This document shows positions 1 through 7,600 of a stretch of 14,700 bases of DNA, piece after piece. The notes beneath the pieces were generated by a model, which was not told where the DNA came from, did no database searches, and saw only the letters and a list, made by a program, of their open reading frames with translations. The stretch covers positions 1 through 14,700 of the forward strand of contig DAOWOO010000004.1 of assembly GCA_030642025.1 (NCBI GenBank). The letters are read 5' to 3'. Position 1 is the first letter of the stretch. Every line of letters starts with the position of its first letter. The position numbers and the translations under genes were made by a program. Origin of the DNA: Candidatus Zixiibacteriota bacterium. Its GTDB lineage: Bacteria; Zixibacteria; MSB-5A5; GN15; PGXB01.

Positions 1-50
1 ATTGCGTTAAAGTGAAGGAACACAATTCAATCTTATACCAAGGAGGAAGT

Positions 51-860
51 ATGTCTGCCAATCAGAAAAAACTGTTGCCGCTGATGCTGGTCCTGGTGAT
101 GCTCACCGGACTGGTCGGTTGCGGGACTCAGGTGCCGTCCGGGCATCGGGGCGTGTTTTATTACAAGTTCGGCGACGGAACCGAAATGGGGAAAATCTAT
201 CCCGAAGGATTCAACTGGCATCTCCCGTGGAATAATATATTTGTTTACAAGGTCCAGCTTGAGGAACGCAAGGAAGACCTGACCGTGCTTTCATCAGACG
301 GAGCCAGTATCGGGCTGGAGGTTAGCATATGGTTTCGCCCGGAAGCAGCCAGACTGGATTCACTTCAGGTGACCGTCGGCCCCAACTACTATAATGTGGC
401 CATCGCACCGGCTCTTCGAGGTGTTGCCCGATCCGTGGTCGGTCAATATAAGCCGGAGGAGATATACTCCACCAAACGCGAGGCGATTGCCAATGGTATT
501 CTCACTGAATTGCAGGGTATGATGAAAGCCAAATTCATCAGCATTGAAAATGTCATAACTCGAAATGTCAGGCTTCCCGCCAGAATATCCGAGGCCATCA
601 ATGCCAAACTGGCGGCCGACCAGGAACAGCAAAAAATGGAGTTTGTTCTTCTTAAGGAGAAAAGCGAGGCGGAGAGAAAGAGAATCGAAGCCAAGGGTAT
701 TGCCGATTTCCAGAAGATAGTTTCCGCTGGCTTGACACCATCACTATTGAAATGGAAGGGGATTGAGGCAACTGAGAAGCTGGCCTCGTCTCCCAATGCA
801 AAGATAGTTGTAATCGGCAGCGCCAAAGACGGCTTGCCCATTATTCTTGGGAATCAGTAA
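51..860 (+). CDS. SPFH/band-7 (prohibitin/HflC-like) family lipoprotein
   Basis: ORF track 12..860 (+). ATG at 51 is preceded by AGGAGG at 41-46, whereas the GTG at 12 has no SD. The N-terminus MSANQKKLLPLMLVLVMLTGLVGC has a positive n-region, a hydrophobic core and a lipobox LVG|C, so a lipoprotein signal is predicted. The body is an SPFH-type domain followed by a charged coiled-coil tail (AINAKLAADQEQQKMEFVLLKEKSEAERKRIEAKGIADFQK) typical of prohibitin/HflKC-like proteins. The start coordinate is less certain than the identity. Confidence 0.8.
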   Translation: MSANQKKLLPLMLVLVMLTGLVGCGTQVPSGHRGVFYYKFGDGTEMGKIYPEGFNWHLPWNNIFVYKVQLEERKEDLTVLSSDGASIGLEVSIWFRPEAARLDSLQVTVGPNYYNVAIAPALRGVARSVVGQYKPEEIYSTKREAIANGILTELQGMMKAKFISIENVITRNVRLPARISEAINAKLAADQEQQKMEFVLLKEKSEAERKRIEAKGIADFQKIVSAGLTPSLLKWKGIEATEKLASSPNAKIVVIGSAKDGLPIILGNQ

Positions 861-875
861 ATCTATTAATATCTC

Positions 876-915
876 AGGCCGCCGCAGTTTCTGCGGTGGC
901 CTGGGAGTTTCTTTG
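876..915 (+). terminator. Rho-independent terminator downstream of the SPFH gene
   Basis: GGCCGCCGCAG (877-887), loop TTTC, then CTGCGGTGGCC (892-902) form an 11-bp GC-rich stem with one G.U wobble. This is followed by the U-rich GGGAGTTTCTTTG. It begins 16 nt after the stop at 858-860. Confidence 0.5.
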
Positions 916-1070
916 CAGTTATAACATATTTTTTTTGCAGTACTGAACTTCTTTGCATACTCTATACAACCCATATGACTGGATAAGCGAACTTCTATTA
1001 ATAATATCTGTGAGCCGAGCAAAAGTATAATCTTAATTAATGATTTACGAGAAATGGCTAACAGATAGTC

Positions 1071-1088
1071 TTGTAATGTGTTATAATG
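1071..1088 (+). promoter_or_regulatory. Candidate sigma70-type promoter with extended -10 (TGTTATAAT)
   Basis: TGT TATAAT at 1079-1087 is an extended -10. The TTGTAA at 1071-1076 is too close to serve as a canonical -35. It would give a ~460-nt leader for the giant gene. Prediction is by consensus only. Confidence 0.25.
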
Positions 1089-1339
1089 TGTCTATATGGT
1101 ATATTGGGAGTGCTAAGGCATCATTGTGCCGCCGCCCTAAACTCTTATATATATCCCCGGACATTGGATTTTTGGTGGCAAGGAAATTGCGTTGTTGAAC
1201 AGTGCGAATTAACGATGAATTAGTGATAAGAGGCCAAAGTTTATTGGCCGCCGAGGAAAGCGAAGAATCAAGTAATCGACGGAAAGCCTAATTACCTGCC
1301 TGCTAAGAAGTTGCAGGACGTTTGGACTACAGATATTGC

Positions 1340-1369
1340 TTGACAATTGAGCGATTAGAGATATATTAT
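1340..1369 (+). promoter_or_regulatory. Candidate sigma70-type promoter (TTGACA -N18- TATATT)
   Basis: A perfect -35 TTGACA lies at 1340-1345, with an 18-bp spacer and -10 TATATT at 1364-1369 (TATAAT also at 1367-1372). It sits ~190 bp upstream of the ATG at 1558. Consensus match only. Confidence 0.35.
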
Positions 1370-1548
1370 AATGGTTTACGACAAGATACTACATATTATT
1401 ACCTATGATCCGGCTCTGCCACTTCGGATTTTTGCGAGGCAAGCTGAAATAGAAAGTGAAGTTATATACCGGCATCATTACGGGGATTTAAAGAATCGAC
1501 ATCAGGTAGTTTCTTTTAAATATTGATGCCGTTGGATCTTAAATTTTT

Positions 1549-1553
1549 GGAGG
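1549..1553 (+). promoter_or_regulatory. Shine-Dalgarno for the giant ORF
   Basis: GGAGG-AATA-ATG. The SPFH gene shows the same SD/spacing architecture (AGGAGG-AAGT-ATG). Confidence 0.6.
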
Positions 1554-1557
1554 AATA

Positions 1558-1638
1558 ATGCGTGAGTTTAGGCTGCTTATAACAGTCGTTTGTACTCTCA
1601 CCTTCATCGCATTCGCCATACCCTTACATGCCGAGGCG
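1558..1638 (+). other. Sec signal peptide of the giant protein
   Basis: MREFRLLITVVCTLTFIAFAIPLHA|EA has n-region RxxR, a hydrophobic h-region and an A-x-A-like cleavage site (LHA or AEA). Confidence 0.6.
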
Positions 1639-4600
1639 CTCGGAGATATTAAATCGGGGGCTACATCGGCACAGATACCGACCGATGATCTATCTGCGGA
1701 TCCCGGGGATAATGATGTTGCGGTACCGCCATTAGCATCTCCCTGTGAAAATTGTCCACCGAATACACCGCCGTATTTCGAAAATTGCGGTGATCAGGAT
1801 ACTTTCTATATCTGTCTGGGCGAGACAATCTATGATACAATTGTCGTCCTGGATGATAATCCGGATCAGGAGATAACCATAACCAGGTCCTACGGGCCGG
1901 GCATATTTATATCGACACCATCGATATCTCCAGCCTATGCTTATTATGAATATACTCCCGATATTGAGGGTGTTTTTTCGATTACCTACACGGCCGTTGA
2001 CAGTGAGGGTGCTTCCGACCAACTTGTCCGGGTTTATGTTATCGGTGAGGATGAAGCACCAGTCATTATTACCAATTACCCGGATTTAACCAAATGCTGG
2101 ATCGGAATGCGGATTGATTTCCAGCTTCTGACAGATGAAAACTTCAGTGATCCGATTGACTGGCAGGTTATTGAGGGTGATGCAACTATTACATCATCGG
2201 GACTGCTGTCTTTCTTTGCCTATGATGACGGTGCATATTGCTTCACAATTGAGGCTTCCGGAATTTGCGGCGCCGATACGGCCGAAGTATGCCTGAATAC
2301 TGTCGATAATGATCCTCCAGAGATTATCAGTTCAGACACCACCTACTACCTGTGTGAGCCTGAGGAAATATGCTTTGATATTGAGGCTTATGACCCCGAA
2401 AACGATACTCTTACAATTACACAGATCGCGGGGCCGGGCATCTTTACCCGTCTTGATAATACTCACGGCCGAACCTGCTTCACCCCGGAAAATGTCGATT
2501 CAGCCGATTATACTTTTATATATGAAGTGGCCGACTCATGCCGGGGCGGTGTTTACAAATGCTCCACCTGTCCGCCGGGACCGCGCGACACGGTAGTTAT
2601 CACGGTTGTGATGGGGCAGATGTTCACTCTTGAATGTCCGGGCGACAGCGCGGTGTTCTTGTGTGAGGAAACCACAATCGGCTTTCCGATTGGAGGTGTG
2701 CCTGCCGACGCCCAGTTGACTCTGACTCCTGCCGAGGCCTGGATTAATAATACGAAAGACACTGTTTTTATATTAGCTGACCGGACAATGCATGAGATAA
2801 TCAAACTGGTTGTCGAGAGTGATTGCGGCAAGGACAGCTGTGAATTCACTCTTAATGCCGAAATGAACCAGCCGCCGGTTGTGACTCTGGGCGGGGATAT
2901 AGAACGATTTCTCTGTGAACCCGAAGAAATCTGCATAGATATTCTCGATTTCTTTGATGTGAACGATAATATTATTGACACTATTATTTCGCCTGAAGGC
3001 GCTGTATTTGACAATATCAACGGTAGAATCTGCTTCACTCCTACAGAATCGGGCGAGTATGCGGTTATCCTTAAGGCTGTTGATGAATGCCAGGCGGAAG
3101 CAATTTCATCGGCAACCGTTACCGTTCAATTCAACAGTCCGCCTCAGGTTTTCGCCCCTGATACATCTATTTTCTTATGCGACCTACCGGTGATGCCGAT
3201 TTGTATCAGCGATTCGATCTACGATCCTGACGACAATATCAGTTTTATTGAAGTTACCGGAGAAGGCGATTATTCCAACGGTTATATCTGTTTCACTCCG
3301 CAGGCGGAAGGCACTATTGAGTTTATCACGCATGTGATCGACGAGTGCGGAGTGGAGGTTTTTCATACGACCCAGGTTGAGATAATACTTAACACACCCC
3401 CTTCAATAAACAAACCGGATGATTTCACCATATTTCAGTGTGAGTGGGCCGAGATCTGCTTTACCGTTACTTTTGATGATATTGATGACAACTTCGTGAT
3501 GGCCTCGGTGTCCGCGCCGGCCTCATATAACCCGCAGGACAACCTGGTTTGTTTCACACCTGACGGTCCCGGGGTTTATGAAATTGAAATAACCGCTCTT
3601 GATGAGTGTACATCAGTAGTAGATACGCTTAAAGTAACGGTTGAAACCGGCACCGCTGCGGTAATAGAATGCCCGACCGACCCGATATATGAAAACCTGT
3701 GCGGCGCGGGAAGGATCTGTTATGACCTTCCGATTACGCCGGATCATGCCGTAATTAATATCGAAGGTGGGACAGGGAACGCTATTTATGAAAACGGGCA
3801 GTTATGCTTTGATGTTGAAACCTCAGGTATATATGAATTTACCGTTACTGCCGAAGCTGAATGCGGCGGTGACGAATGCGTGCTTACATTTGACGTCACG
3901 GTCGATGAAGCGCCTTATGTCGAATGTCCTAACGACACCGCTGTAACCCTCTGTGATCTAGGTGTGGTTTGTTTGCCGATAACCATAGAGCCGGAAAACG
4001 CCGTAATCTTGATCGAGCCGTACGGGATTCTGGACAATGGCAATATCTGTTTCTTTGCCGATGAATCGGAAGTGCATGAAATCACTGTCACCGCAACTAC
4101 GGAATGCGGACAGACATCATGTACCTTTACGGTTGATGTGCATATGAACGAGTTACCCATCGTTTCGACCGAAGATGTATCATACTTCGATTGTTTTTCC
4201 GAAACAGAACATGCATTTGCGATTACAGCCACGGATGCCGAAGATGATGACCTTATCTTTGCGCTTCTTTCTCCATACGGCAGTATCAATTCCGAAACAG
4301 GGGAGATAACCTTTATTCCTGACACAGCCGGTGTTTATTGCTTCGACATTGAGGTCTCTGACGACTGTGGAACCGTACCCGGTACAGTATGCGCAACTGT
4401 CGAATTCAATCATGACCCGGTGGTTGTCTCCGCGCCGGATACAACCGTTACCTCCTGTGTGGCCGCCGAGGTATGTTTTGAAGTTGATGTAAGCGACGAG
4501 GATGATAACATTGCGTCCATTAAAATAATCAATTATGAAAATGCCGTCTATAATGAGGGCACGGTCTGTTTCGTGCCAAGCGGGAGCGGCACATATACGA

Positions 4601-7600
4601 TAATTACACGGGCGACCGATGAATGCGGCGCTTATGATGAAGATACCACGGTTGTCACAGTTGAGATCGGGGATGTCTTCACGCTGGAATGCCCCGGCGA
4701 CCAGTTACTGTTTATCTGTGAGCCGGATACGCTCTGTTTTAATATCGGCGGCATCCCGACCGGTGCGGCGGTTGATATTTTCCCACCATCAGCCTGGTTT
4801 GATTATGAGACAAACTCAGTATGTTTCTATACCAACTGTTCGGTCCAAAAGAACCTTAAAGTGGTTGTCGAGGGCGAGTGTATCAAGGATAGCTGTATGT
4901 TCACGGTCGATGTAACCTTAAACTTTGCGCCTCTGGTTATAATGGCTCCGGATACGAGCCTGATTTTGTGTGAACCGGAGGAAATCGCCATTCCGGTAGC
5001 CATTGGCGATCTCAATTATAATATCGATACGGTTATCGTCTCCGAAGGCGCTACCTACAACATGATTACCGGTATGATATATTTTACTCCCACCCAGACC
5101 GATAATTATATGATTATCGTCCGCGTCATTGATGAGTGTCTGGCCTACGACGATGATACCACGCTGGTATCAGTTGTAATCAACGCGCCGCCGGTGGTGA
5201 CCATGCCGGATGAGGCTGATTTCTTCCTGTGCGAGTTGACCGAGGTTTGTTTCGATCAGGTGACAATTTTCGATGATAATGATGCCATAATCGATTATGA
5301 GGTTTCACCATTCGGAACTTATGATCCGCAATCCGGCAGAGTGTGTTTCCTGCCGCCTGATAGTGGGATATACGAAATAGTTTTGACCGTCACCGATCAC
5401 TGCGGCGCCACCGACAGTGATACAACCGTAGTTCATGTCGGGCTTAACAGCGCCCCGGTGGTCATCTCCGCTCCTGACAGCAGTCTGACGATTTGCGAGT
5501 CCGCCGAGATATGCTTCCCGCTTACCTATGACGATATTGACGGGAATATTGAATCGGTATCAATAACCGAAGGTGGCAGTTTCGCCAATGATACAATCTG
5601 TTTTATCGCCGATGAACAGCGCACCTATGAGATTATTACCATGGTGACAGATATCTGCGGCGCTGTCGGGGTTGACACGACGGTAATACATGTAACCCTT
5701 AATTCTCCACCGGTTATTACGTCACAGGACGATTTCGAGGTTTCGTTGTGTGAATTTGAGACGATATGTGTCAGTATCGAAAGCTATTCAGATGTTGACG
5801 GGAATATCAACTCAATTGTGCCGAATGTCGGCACATACAATCCGCAGACTGATTCGGTATGTTTTCTGCCGGATACGGTCGGTGTTTATACCATAATCAC
5901 CACTATAACCGATACCTGTGAAACCTCTGGCGTCGATACCACCCTGGTTACCGTAACTATGGGGCCGGTGGCGGAAATTGACTGTCCTGATCCGACCAGC
6001 TTCTTTCTCTGCCAGCCGGAAATTGTCTGTGTGGATTTACCGATATATCCTGCCGATGCCGTTGTCACTGTTCCTGACGGTGTAACTTATGAAAACGGTC
6101 AGCTTTGTTTCAATGCCACGGAATCCGGAACATTCCCGGTTAATGTGCTGGCTTCGGCCGAATGCGGCGATGATGAGTGCACGGTTATATTCGAGATTGA
6201 AATCGGCGAGTCGGCGCAGTTAACCTGTCCGGACGATACTGCCGTATTCCTTTGTGAACCGATTCAGATTTGCCGCACAATCGGAGTGGCGCCGCCCGAG
6301 GCTGTTGTATCGGTTTCAGATTTTGCCACATATGATAACGGGGAGGTTTGCTTCACTCCGGATACGGCCGGTCATTATCTGATTGACGTTTCGGCGTCGG
6401 CCGAATGCGGCGATGACGTCTGCAATTTTGCCGTCGATGTTGTCTTTAATTCGACGCCAACTGTCAATGCCGGAGAGGACACCTCGTATTTTCAATGTGT
6501 ATTCGAGGAAATCTGCCGCAAGGTTACACTTGCGGATATTGATAATAATATAGACCATGTAACGGTAACCCTTCACAGCACCGGCGAACCGTTTGGAATT
6601 TTCAATCTGGCAGATTCCACAGTTTGTTTCACTCCCCCTGATGTCGGTATTTATTGTCTTGATATTACCGTGTATGACGAGTGCGGCGAGTCCGCAGTCG
6701 ATGATATATGTATCGAAATAACCACCGGCGAGGTTGCCGAGATAGAATGCGCGGCCGAACCGTATGAATACCACCTCTGCACACCGGAAGATATTTGTAT
6801 CCCTCTGATCGTGACGCCGGAAACAGCCGAAGTTTCGGTTTCTTTCGGGAACTATGCCAATAATGAAATATGTTTCACTGCCGATACGGCCGGTGTTTAC
6901 GTAATCGAGGCAATTGCCGAAGAAGCTTGCGGCTCGGACACCTGTGAAGTGGTTGTGAATATTATCTTTGATGATTACGCCGAAATTATCTGTCCGGATT
7001 TGCCCACTTCGGTGACTCTTTGCGAACCGGATTCGGTCTTTGTGCCGCTGGTCATAAATCCGGTTTCTGCCAATGTAAGCGTATCTCCCGAGGGCATGTA
7101 TGATTTCAGCCGCCATGTGCTTGGATTCGAGGCCGACACCGGCGGTGTATATATGCTTACCGTCATTGCCGAGGCCCCCTGCGGTGCGGATACCTGTCTG
7201 ATTGAGATTGATGTATCAATTATCGGCATACCTGAAATTACCTGTCCGGATGATATTGATACCATGGTTTGCATACCCGAAACCAGCGAGATATGTGTGC
7301 CCGTAATTATTGAGGGAGCCGATTTTACGGTGGAAGTACTGCCCACTGGTATCTTCAGTGGCAATGAAGTCTGTGTCCCGATTAACGGGCCTGATACTTA
7401 TACTATTACGGTTACCGCATCATCAATATGCGGGAGTAATGAATGCACTTTCGATCTGGTGGTTCGTGAAAATCTCGCTCCGGAACTGGTCGTACCTGCC
7501 GATACGGTGCGGATACCCTGGTGCGAAGACGACGAAGGTACTATCTGTATAGACGGTATTTTCGCCACCGATCCCGAGGGCGATCCGATAACATTGTCTC

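Noticed and set aside
12-50. GTG start at 12 for the SPFH gene (track ORF 12..860)
   Set aside because: There is no SD upstream of the GTG. The ATG at 51 has AGGAGG and gives a canonical lipoprotein signal peptide beginning MSANQKK.
929-936. T8 homopolymer as a slipped-strand phase-variation switch
   Set aside because: It is ~150 bp upstream of the nearest promoter candidate, not in a promoter spacer or coding region. Length 8 is marginal. No evidence is available from a single sequence.
744-1022. 92-aa - strand ORF spanning the SPFH 3' end and its terminator
   Set aside because: It is antisense to a confident CDS and runs through a terminator hairpin. It has no motifs or SD.
1086-1232. 48-codon ORF (MCLYGILGVLRHHCAAALNSYIYPRTLDFWWQGNCVVEQCELTMN) in the intergenic leader
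   Set aside because: It has no SD, an odd composition and overlaps the promoter candidate. Most likely non-coding. It would need ribosome profiling to take seriously.
2553-3038. 161-aa antisense ORF (- strand) and several others (3915..4325, 6975..7364, 7398..7661, 7923..8228, 8574..8822, 1732..2022) inside the giant gene
   Set aside because: Same reasoning. These are shadow ORFs of the + strand gene with no conserved features.
6316-7116. 266-aa antisense ORF (- strand) inside the giant gene
   Set aside because: It lies entirely opposite a strongly supported coding frame. The translation is low-complexity (R/I/G/N-rich) with no recognisable motifs and no SD. Long antisense ORFs are expected opposite repeat-rich, stop-poor coding sequence.
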